A stretch of DNA of 64,000 bases from assembly GCA_008632985.1 (NCBI GenBank), contig QPGO01000114.1, positions 124,001 through 188,000 of the forward strand, in the 5' to 3' direction. Origin of the DNA: Psammoneis japonica (taxonomy: Eukaryota). The notes under the pieces were generated by a model that did no database searches, was not told the DNA's origin, and was given only the letters and a program-made list of their open reading frames with translations. Every line of letters begins with the position of its first letter. Positions within the stretch are counted from its first letter, which is position 1. The translations under genes and the position numbers were made by a program. Positions 37,701 to 50,124 of this stretch are shown here, piece by piece.

Positions 37701-38770
37701 GCCAGCATCCTGGAGATTCCGAAGGAGCTGTTCCTCACTTGTTTGGTTGCTTTGAAGGGAAAAACAAGGGCGTCATTTTGTGGGAACCATGGTTTGATGT
37801 GCGACACAATGAAATGAACGGCCACCCCATGAACACGTGTGCGGCCCTCATCTCACGCACCAAACACAAACCAAACATTCCCCAGCAACTCAATCGAAAA
37901 TGCAGGGACGAAATTAAGAACAAGGTGGAATCGATTTGCAACCCACCACAGATTGCCAAACTGAAGAGATTGGCTGAAGCGGAGATTCAAAAACTTCCAC
38001 CTGTTGGTCGGGGAGCTGATTTCATTGGCTGCAGCTCAGAGGGGAACCGTCCCATGTGTGCAACCCTGGATTGGGCTGAGTGCAATTTCAAGTTTCGGTT
38101 TCCAGATGTGTGGAAAGATTTGAAACAGTTGAAGCCATCGGATGGTCATTGCTCCTTGCCGGAAGGAAATGTGTTGATGCCATCGAACAGAAACTTGCCG
38201 ACGAGCGGTCCACCTGTGAAATTCCTGCAAGGACAAAATGACACTTGCGTTTTTTCCTCCCTGGCCAGTGTTCTTGATTGTGTTGGCAATGTGGAAATGA
38301 GAGACTGCATTGCTTCTCACATTCAAACATCCACCAACTGTGCTGACACCAACAACAAGTGCATGTTGTTTGCAAAGAACATGTTGAACGGTCGTTTGAA
38401 GGGAAAATTCCCGCCCACAAACTCAAACATGAAGTTTTGCGGCAGTGTGGATCGATCGATTTCCCTGGCAGCAGGTGATGAATTTGATGTGACAACCTGC
38501 AATTGTGACTTCACAACTTTGTGCCGTCTTTTGAACAACCACTGCATTGCCTTGCACCATGGATGGATCTTTGATTCCAACCACCCTTTTGCATTGCCAG
38601 CAAACGACACCAAGTGCTTGAATTGGTGTCTTGGGAACAAGGAACATGAGGTGAAATGTGTGGCAAAAAAGCGTCTGCAACAAGTGTTCATGGTGCACCA
38701 GTTCGAACTTCCCAGGGCGGCGCAGCAGCAGCTGTGTGCAAAAAGGAAAGCTTTTGTGTTGGATGGTTAA
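34728..38770 (+). pseudogene. Transposon cargo ORF (about 1200 aa reconstructed): possible GNAT-like region, acidic linker, papain-like peptidase domain
   Basis: Removing the MITE and one TSD joins HHHLH to HASACHARLKEE in frame; one in-frame TGA at 37613-37615; C-terminal Q-x4-T-C-VFSSLAS ... H-CIALHHGWIF-D-SN. Confidence 0.7.
36662..37061. mobile_element. 400-bp MITE copy 4, TSD ATCA, retains many TpA
   Basis: gacgcgctccagctctaggtggga ... tcccacctgggattggaacccgtc with ATCA on both sides. Confidence 0.95.
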
Positions 38771-38828
38771 TCCAGCTGCACAATTTAAAATGACAATCAC
38801 AGTGTTTGTTCATTTTCCCATTTGCACT

Positions 38829-41800
38829 TCATTTGTCCGACTCATCACCGTCACTGCCCCCTGCCACGCTCTCATCATCCTCCACAGTGCGTTCCATGCC
38901 GTCATTCTCTCCCTCACACTCACCAGCTTTGATGTTTTGTTCCTCCACCTCGTCCAAACAGTCCTCAAAATGGTCCATTGCCTCCCGCTGTCGGGCGGCA
39001 TCCAGAATTCCTTCATGCTCGTCATCGCTCAAATGACGTGGATGAAGAAGTGAAGCCTCATTCCTGTTGCATGTGCTTGGCAGTTCCCGATTGGCCGATG
39101 GTTCATCAAGCTCAATGTTGGCAATTGCAGCTTGCTTCAGCAACACTCTTGTCTTGCATTCCTCAGCATCACCGGGAGTGTGCCATCCTCTGGCCCGTGG
39201 AACAGGGTCAAGATGCATTCCCTTGCAAACCCATTCACCGGCCTTGACAGTTGTGGGTGGGTCAAACTTTTCCCACACCTCATCCTCCTGTGCTTTGTGG
39301 GGGAGTTCATCCCATTGCAGCAGACAAAAGCCCTCCTCAGATTCACAAGACAATGTGGCATGGCTGTTTAGAACAATTTCCTTGGCCATTTCCTCAGTCA
39401 GGAAGTCCAACACAGATTTGTGAACCAACTGCACCTCGTCAGCATCACTCTTGTCTGTTTGGATCACCTGACACACTTGCCAATCATTCAGTCCCTCAAA
39501 GACAGGCCACAATTTGCAAGCTCGGTTGCCACCTGCATGTCGTGGCTGCTCTGTTGGCTCGACATTTTCAACCCAAGGGCGTTTGAGCTGATCCAGGCAG
39601 GCTTCACAAGCACAAGGAATTCTTCGCATGGCAACCCAACCAGTGGGGAAAAGAGGTTCAAATCGGAAATGGCACAAGGCTCCAATGCCACAATGGCATG
39701 TGCACACTTGCACCAATCCAATCAACTTGACTTCAATTAAAGAGCCAATGACTTCATCAGCTTCTTGCAGACAATGCACCCTTTGCACTGACTTTTGAAG
39801 GGATTCCCTCTTGGCATGTTTTCTGTCACCAGCTGCGCCCAAAGCATTCTTTTCCTTTGTGACTGTTTTGCAACATTCCTTGGCATGACTGTGTGCAGCT
39901 GCAACACACTTGTCATCCATGACCAAAGCTTCAGGTCTAATTTTTCCATCCTTGTCATTGACTCCTGCGACAATTGTGGACTGCATTTCTCGATGCACGA
40001 GTGATTTGATGCAGGCTCCAATGCCATCAACCTCTCCTTTGCCATGTCCAGGTGCTCCAATGGCACGGTCAAACACAATGTTGCATTTGTGCGCAAATGC
40101 AGACAACAAGCACAGTGCCAAAGCACATCGGCACTGTTTGGCACAACCATCAGTGTGATCCCAAATCACAAGCCACGCCTTGCACAGGTTGCGGTTTTTT
40201 AACCAGATGACAAACTTTTCCAAGTGAGTGTGGGTGGTGGTGGGATCTTGCTTGGAAGAGTCAGAGAGACGCGCATGATGTGTTTTCTCAAGCACATTGT
40301 CAACCATTGCATTGCAAACTCTTCCTTCAATTGACAATGTTCGGTTGTTGCCACAATGGTCACCCTGAACTTGCTTGTTGAACTTTGCCTTCTGATGCTC
40401 GGAGAAGTCATGAGACGTGAACAGGCTGTTGGGCATTGACTCAAATGCTTTGCGACGCATTTCCATGCAATGATTTTTCCCAAGAATGACCACATGGGGA
40501 AGGTGGCAGCGCAGCTTCTCTAAACTTGGAATGCAGTGCTCTTTTACAAAGACACCGACTGGTTTGCGGAACCTTGTCAACAAGGTCCTTCATTTCACCT
40601 TTGCATCCTTGTTCCCATCTGGATCTGCCTCACAAACAGGACATGCTTCCATGTGCACACCATGCTTGGAACAACTTTTTACAGTCAAGTGACGTTGAAA
40701 CAAAACTTGGGGTGCACCAGGACTTTCATTCTGCTCCAACAACGGAGTTGGACAGGATGGGCAATGCTCACATTCACCCAAAACGCATTTCCAATGAGGA
40801 TGATCCTGACCATTGACGCTGCCCCAAATGATGGTTGCAACTGCATCTCGGGCTTTAGGATGAAGGTGATGGCCGTTGGGGCCAAACGCCTCATCTTGAC
40901 AGACACACATTGTTTCCTCCAATTTGCCAAGGGCACTGTCACAGTTCTCCGAGTTCTCAGGATCCTCACTTGCAAGCTTCAACCGACTTTGCTCCACCTC
41001 CATCTCTTTCAAAAGCTTCCTTCGAAACGTGTTCAATGCATCTTGCAGAAAATTGGCGTTGGTGCAATCGCTGCATTGACACATGCTGCGTTGACTTGCG
41101 CTCATTTTTCGACACTGCTTGGGAATCAAAAACCAAAACATCGTGTGGCTGATGAGGGTCTTGCCATTGGCATCACGTGCATGTTTGAATCCACCAACAG
41201 AAACAGGCTTCAACATGTTGTTGTGAAGCTCACGCATGGACACATTGCGCAACCATTTGTTCACTCGTTTCTTGTTTCCATCTTCATCTTCAATGAGAGT
41301 CATGTCTCGTGTGTTGGGAGACTGCACTGTGTTGGGATGATTTGACAACCAGTGCACAAATGCCTTGCGGATCTCAGGGGAAACTTTGTGAGGACGCCGA
41401 CGGGGTTGCACAGAAGACCACATGACATCGTGAGTGTTTGAAATCAAGGCCTCTCTGATTTCCTTCCCCTTCTTCATTTGGCGATGAACAGTGCTTCGAT
41501 TCAGGCCAAGTGCCTTGGCATGGTCATGGGAAGACAACATTTTCTCATCAGCAGATTTTTCTGGTGAACCGGAGATTCCAGTTGCCAGAGCATGGACAAA
41601 TGATTTTTTGTTGTCAGCGAGGTGTTGACCATTGCTGGTGTCGTTGGCACGTGCCCACATTTTGCCCAGCTGCTGGGTGATTTGCAAGGCCGCAGAATTT
41701 GTGCTTGGCAACGTCAAATTGCAAGCCTGAACAAATGGGGACAACTCGGGAAAATGCAAAGTGTGCACAAAGGCACAGATTTGTTGTTCTTGAGTGGCGG

Positions 41801-42360
41801 CGCAAGACAGCACTTCTTCTCTTGCTTTGACCGCTGCACGACAAAGTGCCTGTTGGGGATCTTTGTGAGTTGCTTTAAATGCATGAGGATTGAAAGTGGG
41901 GCAACCTTTGGAGGTGGCAAGGTTGACATCAGCTCGGTTGGCTGAAGCGACAGAGGGAGCAAGGGCGGCATTGTCAGAGGTGAGGTTGGAGGGAACGGCG
42001 GCAGCTCCTGCAGCGTGCATTTGGGAGGGGCCTGGTGGTCTTGGCAAGGACAACCCTGGACAATGAGTGGGGTGCTCTGTGGAGGTGTTCAGGTTGAAAG
42101 CAGCCAGGTTGGTGGGAGCAACGGAGGGAGTGACGGCGGCAATGTCAGCGTTGGGGTTGGAGGGAGTGGAGGCCACTCCTGCAGCGTGCATTTGGGAGTG
42201 GCTTGGCGGTCTTGGCAAGGACGACCCTGGACAATGAGCGAGGTGTTCTGTGCAGGGGTTCGGGTTGAAAGCAGCCTGGTTGGCGGGAGAAACGGAGGAA
42301 GTGACAGAGACAGCAGAGTTTGGGTTGTTCGGGTTGGAGGGAGTGGCTGCAGCTCCTTCA
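38829..42360 (-). pseudogene. Transposase (over 1100 aa) with one in-frame TGA at 40590-40592 and 171-bp repeats in its N-terminal part
   Basis: HDFSE, WDHTDGCAKQCRC (DGCxxQYR) and GAPGHGKGEVDGIG motifs plus Cys-rich segments; the 542-aa and 584-aa ORFs are in the same frame. Confidence 0.8.
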
Positions 42361-43764
42361 ACTCAGCCTCAGCAACGACATGGTCGGAGACCGTGTCGTG
42401 TTTTTCAAGTTCGCGAGGCTTTTGTTTTTGCTGTTGCCAGTCCCTGACTTGTGTCAACGGCCAACTCCATTTTGCTTCTTCCTCTTGTTGCCCATGATGC
42501 ACTGGAAATTTGATTAAAAGTGTGCATCAAGAGGGCTGCTGGTGGATGAGACGGGCGGCAAGTCGAGAGGACACATTTTTTTGGCGCGCTCAATCACATT
42601 GGCTGTTCTGTGTCTGCATGAATGAGGCATGTTCGGACGTCAGTTGAGTTGAAGAAGACCAAACACACGAGCTCCGAAAAATGAAAAAGTGAACAATCAC
42701 CAGCATTTTTCACGTGGAATGGGGCACCAGCCAAAAATCACATTTGGCACAAACAAGTCCTTCATTTTTGATCATTTCGAAAATCGAAAGGTGAGTGTGC
42801 ACCCGAAAACACATGTAAAGTGCACACTCACCCTTCAATTTGGCAAAAAACGGATTTTGAAAAAGTTAATTGCGCCAAACCTAAAAATGGGCTGATGGTG
42901 GGAATCGAACCCACTCGGAGCACCTGGAGCTGGAACAGGCCTGCTCTGACGAGCACCATGTCGAAAGGACTTGCTGGTGATCATCTGGTCTGCAACTTGT
43001 GGAAAGGGATGACACAATCATGTGAAGCAGAAAGTGAACACATTGCAACAAGCATTTCAAGCGCCGCACATTCCTTGACGGAACGGGGATGCATTCCGTG
43101 CGCGAAGTGGCTGCTCTAGAGCTGCCAAGTACGAAGTGGTAGCAGCACTGTAGTTACTTGTGGGATACAGATGAAGCGTCATTTTTCGATTTGTCCAATG
43201 ACAAGCATTAAAATATCATCATTGGTTTATTATTCTATTTAATTTTTGCAGCGGCAATGACTTGTGGGATTTTGTTTGTTAAATCAAAGGTCATTCCAGC
43301 GCTGAATATGATATTATTTGTGTCTGAATACATCTATTGTAGGGCATAAACAATTAGAAGGGCTTATCTTCCTCACGTTTTGATCAGCGATTTGATGACC
43401 AAAATGCAGTCGAAACACTAGCCCCATGCTGTTGAGTGTCTTTGTGAGCACCACGGCAATGTCCACAAGAGTGCCTGTTGACCAACACTCTTTCAACAGG
43501 TTTGAGCAAGCACACGTTGTTTGATGAGTTCCGTCCTGTTCTAGTGAGGAACACAGAGCAATCGCCACGAAAGCTATACCTGTCGGAAGCTCTGTCGGCT
43601 TCGTCTTGGAGCTTCAAACTGTTCACAGCCTCCGGTAAGAGTGAATTAACCTGTTTTCTTCTATGTACGCTTTTCATGATGAGGACTTGGGCTGTATTGC
43701 TTGTTCAATTTGCTTCTTTGACGTATCTAACAAACTATTGTTGCCTCGATCGCGTTGCAGAATA

Positions 43765-44442
43765 ATGAATATGTCCGCCTTTGAAAGAGTCGCGCAAAGT
43801 TCTGGCACACCAAATGATGAAGCATTTCAAAATCTCCTTGCATCACAACAAGCACAATTGCAGCCAAATTCTGGGTCCAAGTCCACTGACTCTCTCGCGA
43901 ATCTTTTCAACCAATATCCTCTCCATCAAGAACCTGTTGGAACTCTAGAACAAACGGCGGTAGCGACGGGGATGCAGTTTGGTAGTGGCTTGAACGAGCC
44001 CAATCTCTCTTTGAATATGATAAATGGCTCTCTGTCTGACAATATATCAGGCCTAAAGAATGGGATGCTGTCGGTGCTACCACATAATGGGTCAAACATG
44101 CGAGCACAGAGGAGGAGAAGCACTCTTCAATTTCTGAACTACGTTTTCGATCCGGCCCAGCAGCTACCACGACAACAAGCTGACTCTATTGTCAACCAAG
44201 GCGACTTGGAACCGCTAGATTATAGAACCGAAACAATGGATTACAGAAGTCGGCTGAATACGTTAAAAGAAGCCATGGAGAGGGCGCAGAAGAGCCAACA
44301 AGATATTCACGACTGGGACAAGAAGATGGGGCTCAAGAAATCACATTCCAAGACGATGAGGTTGACTAGAAGATCTAGAAAGAAAATATTGAAGATTCTG
44401 AGCAAGGAGATAAATGCCCTCAAACGAGCGAAGCGAACATGA
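43765..44442 (+). CDS. Hypothetical protein with a basic C-terminal motif
   Basis: Intact ORF with normal composition ending AMERAQKSQQDIHDWDKKMGLKKSHSKTMRLTRRSRKKI; start uncertain (43663 or 43765). Confidence 0.7.
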   Translation: MNMSAFERVAQSSGTPNDEAFQNLLASQQAQLQPNSGSKSTDSLANLFNQYPLHQEPVGTLEQTAVATGMQFGSGLNEPNLSLNMINGSLSDNISGLKNGMLSVLPHNGSNMRAQRRRSTLQFLNYVFDPAQQLPRQQADSIVNQGDLEPLDYRTETMDYRSRLNTLKEAMERAQKSQQDIHDWDKKMGLKKSHSKTMRLTRRSRKKILKILSKEINALKRAKRT

Positions 44443-44899
44443 ATGGTAAATGGTAGAGTGTTGACTGTTATAGCTGTCGCTCGTGAGAGAGGATACAATC
44501 GTCCTTTATTTTGGGGTGTAGAGAGCGAAGAAGTGGAAAGTTTAAAATCGTTGTTGAATTACGAGTCTCTATGTATTCTATCATAACCGAGCTTGAGCCT
44601 GCACTGCAGCCTATCCGTCAATTGTGTGGGGGCGGATTCTTAGTTGGATTTGTCGCCATGGTTGCGTTGAGCATTGGTGTGTTTTGCATAGATGCTTCTG
44701 GTGGTAGTTAGTGCATCAGCCAATTTGTTCCGCAAGAGGGGCATAAACACCTTTTGAGAAAATCAAATTCACTATCTGCGAAATAATAAATGAAGGAACG
44801 TCGAAAATGACCTGTCTACTATGAAGAATACAAAAGTGTCGTACTAAGAAAAAGACATTACCGTCCGTTGCTGCCTTTGGCACAATTTTCGTATCTTGA

Positions 44900-47800
44900 T
44901 CGAGACTTGTCCGCCCCACTGCGAGTTGTCAACACTGGCCAAACAATCAATTTCACCCGTCCCCTGCGAATTTCTCTAATTCTTAGAAATTGGGCGCTCA
45001 CAATCAGAGATTTTCTAATCCACACCACAAAATTAAAATGACAACCCCCCTTCTTCCCCCCTGGGAAAATGTCTCCGGAGTTCAGAGAGGTTGGAGTGGC
45101 CGCTGCTTTGCTCTTGCAGTCAGAGGGGCTGGCCCAGCGCTCTGCAAAGTTGGCTGTGTTTCCTCCTGAGAAATGTTTTTTTCTCATTGACAGAGCTTCA
45201 AAAACAAGAAGCTGTGCGCTGGAATTTTTTTGCGTGTGTGCAAGTTCCCTGCGCTGCGCTGCACTTGGCCCACATCTTCGACAACTGTGGCTGCTGCAGG
45301 CTGCCCTGGTGGGCTGCTCAGTTGCTTTTCTCATTTGAGCGCCATTTCCAGGGAGTGCACAATCTGAGCAAGATTGTCTGGTGCTGTCACCCACATGACA
45401 CACACTGTTGATCTCATCTTTTGCTGCTGGTGCCAGTGTGCTGGCGTGTGATGTGTGGCCCAGCTGCTCCGCGCCACGTGTTTGGGCTGTTGGAAATGGC
45501 ACAGAGAGGCACGTGAGAATTTGTTGTGCAAAATTGCTCTGCAAAAAGAAGAGCAAGCTTCTTCTCAGGGGCTTCACTCTCCTCTTTTTCCATTGCTTGT
45601 GTTTGCCCAGTTTTCTCAAAGAGGTGGGTGCCGTGATTTTTTGCTTTTCAAAATCCAGAATCTTTCTGCTCCACACACAGCAAACACACTGCTGGGCTTC
45701 ACAAAAGGTGTGGTCATCCCCATGTCAGCTCACACACCAGCCTGTGTCACCATGCACCAAACCTGCAGGGCAGGTGGGCAGGCATTCAGAGTTTGTGGTC
45801 GATCGAAGAATGAGCTGATGCGGCGGATCGAGCCATTGACAGATTGTTGGCAACGTTTTTGGTGTTCATGTGTCATGTCACCCCCACTCCAGTTGATGTC
45901 CAGCCCACATTGTTTCCCCTCTTGGCGCACTCCTGTGCTTCATGTTCTTGGCCTTTTTTGCAAGCTTCTCATCCTTCTTGACAGCACCATGCTCACACAC
46001 GCAACTCATCTTCTTGGAGTTTTTTGCATCATGCTTGAGGAGTTGCTGGCCTGGCTTGAATGTGCACAGCCTGATGTCATTGACTTTGAACACCATGGCT
46101 TGTTTGCCCATCTTTTTGTCTGGCAGACAGAGCTCATTCACTGCTCTGTTGTTGTGCATGATGCAGCACTTGCCCTTCCAGGCTGCAGTCTCTCACAAGG
46201 CTCTTCTTGAGGCCCTTGCAAAAATGGTCATCACTGTTCTCTGCAAACAGGCATGCAGCCCATGTCTCAAATGCAGTGTCCTTTGGTGTGGTTTGCTCCA
46301 CTGGGAAAATGCAGTGCTTGTGTGCCTTGGTGTTCTTGATGGGTCCATCCAGCATCTTGACACCAAGACCATTGCTTGCAGCATCTTGTTGATTCTTAAA
46401 TCTTGATGGGCAGCCCTTCAGCAACTTGTCCTCTTGTTGTTTCACTTCCCAAGCATGTGCTTCAGGGATTTGGCAAGTGTGTGGAATGGACATGGACCTC
46501 TCATGGAGTCAAGCTCAGTGACTGGATCAGCTTCAACAGTTTGATTGGTTGATCAGGTCATCTCTGATGTTGTCACAACTGGGGTTGGTGAGCACTCTCT
46601 GACTCATCAGTGTGGGATTGCTGCGCAAGTGCAGTGGCCTTGTTCTCCTCAAGCAAATTTCATTTTCTCATCACAGTCATGTGATTTGACAACCTTGCAC
46701 TCCTCATGCTTGCAGCTGCTTCTCTTCTTGTTGCAACTTCTGGGAAAATTTCTCCTGACAACCACAATTGTTTGGGGCTGACCCTGGGGCCACAACTGTT
46801 GTTGGTGCCCCCAATGCAAAAGGTTCCCTCGCTGGAGAAATCCTTGGTGCAGGCCATGTCTTCCAGAGACCTTGTCAGATGTGTGCAACCTGATCATGCT
46901 CTTTCTGTGTGTGGGTGATGATCTTCTTCTTGATGTCCTTGCATGCTCCTGTTCATCAATGATGGGTGAAACTTCCACTCTGGCCCAAAGTTCCTCTTTG
47001 GGTTGGTCTTCTTGCCCTTGTCACAGGAATGCTTGTGGCCTCTGCCACCCCTGCCTGGGTCATGTCCTTGGCCTTCAGAGTGCTCACATTCTGCCTCCTC
47101 CCCTGCCACTCATGATGCAGGCTTCCTGCATTGGAAATTTTGCATGGAGGTTGCGGCAGCACTGCATGCACCAAATGCAGTGCTTGCAACTCTTTGGAAA
47201 AGTGAGTGTTGAGTCAACAAGTCAATGTTGTCAAAAGGGAATCCTCTGGGGTTTCCTGTGCCACTTGTTGCACTTGCCCTGGTTGCCATGGCAACTGTGG
47301 TTTGCCTGGAAGTCTCCAACAAACTTTGGCCTTGCAATGTGACAGGTGCCTGCTGACATCACAGTGTGGCTTGTGTGGGCCAGATGGCTCACACTCCAAA
47401 GAGTGAGATCAAAAGAAGAGTGCAGGTTGGCAAGATTGGTGACAAGCACACATTCATTTGTTGGTGCTGCCGAACCCACCACAAGGCACGATTGCCTTCA
47501 ATCTGACCATGCAGCTTTCCAATGATCATGATTTCTGCCCTTGCTTCAACCTTCACACAGCATGTGGGCCGGGATCTTTGCATGGTGAGTTGGCTTTGCA
47601 TGAGGCAGTTTGTGGCATGACTGTTTGGTCAGTCAGCAAGTTCTTTTTGGACAATGATGACAAAGAGCATGTCTGCAAATGGGGCGAGTGTGGCTGCCAT
47701 CCAATCCACACAGCTTTTTTTGCTTTGCGTGGTGGAGCCCACTGCTGCCAGAGCAAAGCTTGTGAGATTTGTTGTCAAACAGAGCTGATGCTTCTTGCAT

Positions 47801-49660
47801 TGATGCCAACAACAGCGCTCCTTTTTGTTGGGCTTTGCAGGGCTGGTGGTGGCAAAGATGGGGTGCATGTGCTTTCAATGAAGAACTGCCCTCTTGGCAT
47901 GCTCTCCATTGGCAAAAACCTTGTTGTTGCACTGAGTCATTTAGGCATGTGTTGCATCTCTCAAAGGGGTTGTGCAATGCCAAGGTGGTGGCAGCAATGA
48001 GAATGTTAGAGGGCACTTGCTTTTTGTGCTTGTCTGGTGACTTTGAAGCCGTCAAGAAGAGGAAAAGAAAGACAAAGTGCACAGCACAAGCTTGTCAGGT
48101 TTCAGGGCTAAAAGAAGACATTTTGTGCTGCTGTTTCTTTCTTCCAATGAAGTTGAAGCTGTGTGTCAACCACAAATGTCATTTTTTGTGTGTGTTGTTG
48201 CAGCATGTCTGAGAGTGAGTTGCTTCATTCCTCACCAGGTGGCGCTCAAGCCGATCCCCTCATCATGGCGTGGCGGAAGAGAAGACTGCCCCCCCCTCCC
48301 CCACCCACCCTGCCCTGTGCATGTGACAGGCAACAAAAAGCAGATGTGTTTCAGTTGTGTCGTTGTGGAAATCATGAGCTAGTTTAGATGCAGAGAAATG
48401 GGATCGTGCGCTCACACTTTTGCCTTCTTTTTGAAGCAAAGGTTTCCAGAACAAGCAAGGATGATGTGCCTCTTCATGTGGCCACATGCGCTGGCGGCAA
48501 GGGCATCATGGCAGCTGCCATCTTGTTGAAAAATGGTGCTCACTCTGTGGCACTCAACAAGCAGCTCAGATGGCCCCTGGATGTTGCAGCCAACAAATTC
48601 TCTGAAGAGTTGAAAGTGGGCTTGTCTCCAAGTGGTTTGAGCTGTGACCTGAAATTGACTCGCTGGATGTTGCAACCTGTGGATTTTCTGAACAGTTGAA
48701 AGTGAGTTGTCTCCAAGTGGCTCCAGTGGTGACCTGAAAGAAGATTAAAAAAATGCAAACAAAAAAAGCAGCAGATGGCCAAAATTGAGGAAACCTGCAA
48801 CACACTCACACCAGCTGTCAGGTCTCCTCAGACTCTCTCACAAAAGCTCGGACACTCATGCTTCACCATCCGGAGTGTCTGGAGCCTGCAAACACTCTGA
48901 AGTCTGAACATTTTTGGCAAGCTCCTGATTGCATCAAGTCCATCATGAGCCTCTGGATCATTGTGGCAGCAGTGGCATTCTTGGCAGCAATGCACTTTCA
49001 AGAGTTTGGAGGATGCTCTGGATCTTGGTGGCGGCAACAATCAACATGCAGCATCGTTGCTTCTTGCTGTGCTTGAAGGATGCCTGGATTTTAGAAGCTG
49101 CAGCATTCTTGGCACTTGGCAACAAAGTTTTGAAACACCCTCTGCCTGGATTGTTGTTGCAGCAGCAGTCATGTTCTTGGCAAAAGCGTGCTTGACCAAG
49201 CTTCGAAAAGCATGCTTGGTCATCTTGATGGCACTGATCTTTTTGTGCACCACATTGAAGGCTGGAGGAATGGAGTGGACATGCCACAGCACTGACTCCA
49301 TTGACAAGTTGGGAATCTCCATGATGTTCACACGGACATTGTGGGTTACATTCACTCTGCAGCTTGTGCTGACAAAGCCTTTGGATCCATGTTGGCTGAG
49401 TTTGCGTGGGAAAACAAGGTGGCCATTTCAACCCTAATTCCCAAATTGTTGGATTTTCTCAGTCACTTTGTCAAGTCATCAACATGTGTTGCTTTACTCT
49501 GCACAACAACACAATGGAAATGGGAATCTTCCTTGCCTCAGCAGAGGGCAAGACAGTGCTTGTTCTCAATGTGTGCTTGCCAATTGCCCCCCAATTTGCT
49601 GTTGGATGTGGTGCAGAACACTTTTTATGAGCGTTGAAGTGGCGGAGGGGGGCACACACC
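44900..49660. other. TpA- and CpG-depleted domain 3 of heavily decayed sequence
   Basis: Very TG/CA-rich; faint remnants resembling copia gag (~46180-46265), an ankyrin repeat (~48440-48600) and IQ-like motifs (~48950-49170). Confidence 0.85.
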
Positions 49661-50085
49661 GGTACAGTAGGTGCGTGCTGGTACGCAGGGCACGTCAGTA
49701 ACTACCGGTACTTAGGGCCTAGAGCTCTCGTCCACATCATGTGATTTTGAAATTCGTGAACTTGCTTCCAAGAAAATTGACGATGAGCAGGTATAACGTT
49801 CTACAAAGCAGCAGCGCACAGTTCCAGATCCGAGAAGTGACATTACTGCACCCCATGCTTTTGTCGGCTGTGAATGATAGAGTCCAGCACAAGACTTTTC
49901 GCGATGCGACGAATGGGATATGACCGTGGCTCTTTTGACGCACAAACTCGTTGTTTTAGAGAATCGCTATCGTACGTTTGCTCTTCTTTCCGTCAAGCAG
50001 AAAGAAACGCTTTTGCCTTAGAATTTACTATTCCCTTACAAGACTGCGGCTTACAGTACAAGCAGCGAGGTCGTGTTCATCCTAC

Positions 50086-50089
<4 letters not shown>

Positions 50090-50120
<31 letters not shown>
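50090..50120. repeat. (CT)n microsatellite
   Basis: Directly visible. Confidence 0.95.

Positions 50121-50124
<4 letters not shown>

Larger units (their letters stand above)
33820..42941. mobile_element. Complete 9.1-kb cut-and-paste DNA transposon, 25-bp perfect TIRs, TSD TGCT (Sola-like, tentative)
   Basis: ggcctgttccagctccaggtgctcc (33820-33844) and its exact reverse complement (42917-42941), TGCT on both flanks; encloses a transposase and a convergent cargo ORF. Confidence 0.92.
29290..43110. other. TpA-depleted repeat domain 2 (29.3-33.8 kb is also CpG-poor)
   Basis: Near absence of TA; Tyr-free long ORFs. Boundaries approximate. Confidence 0.9.

Noticed and set aside
42790..42832. 13-bp stem hairpin resembling a terminator or Helitron end
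   Set aside because: Lies inside the TIR-bounded element and is most simply a subterminal inverted repeat.
42890..42916. tRNA-like T-arm (gtgggttcgattcccac on the minus strand)
   Set aside because: No D-arm, anticodon arm or acceptor stem; it abuts the transposon TIR.
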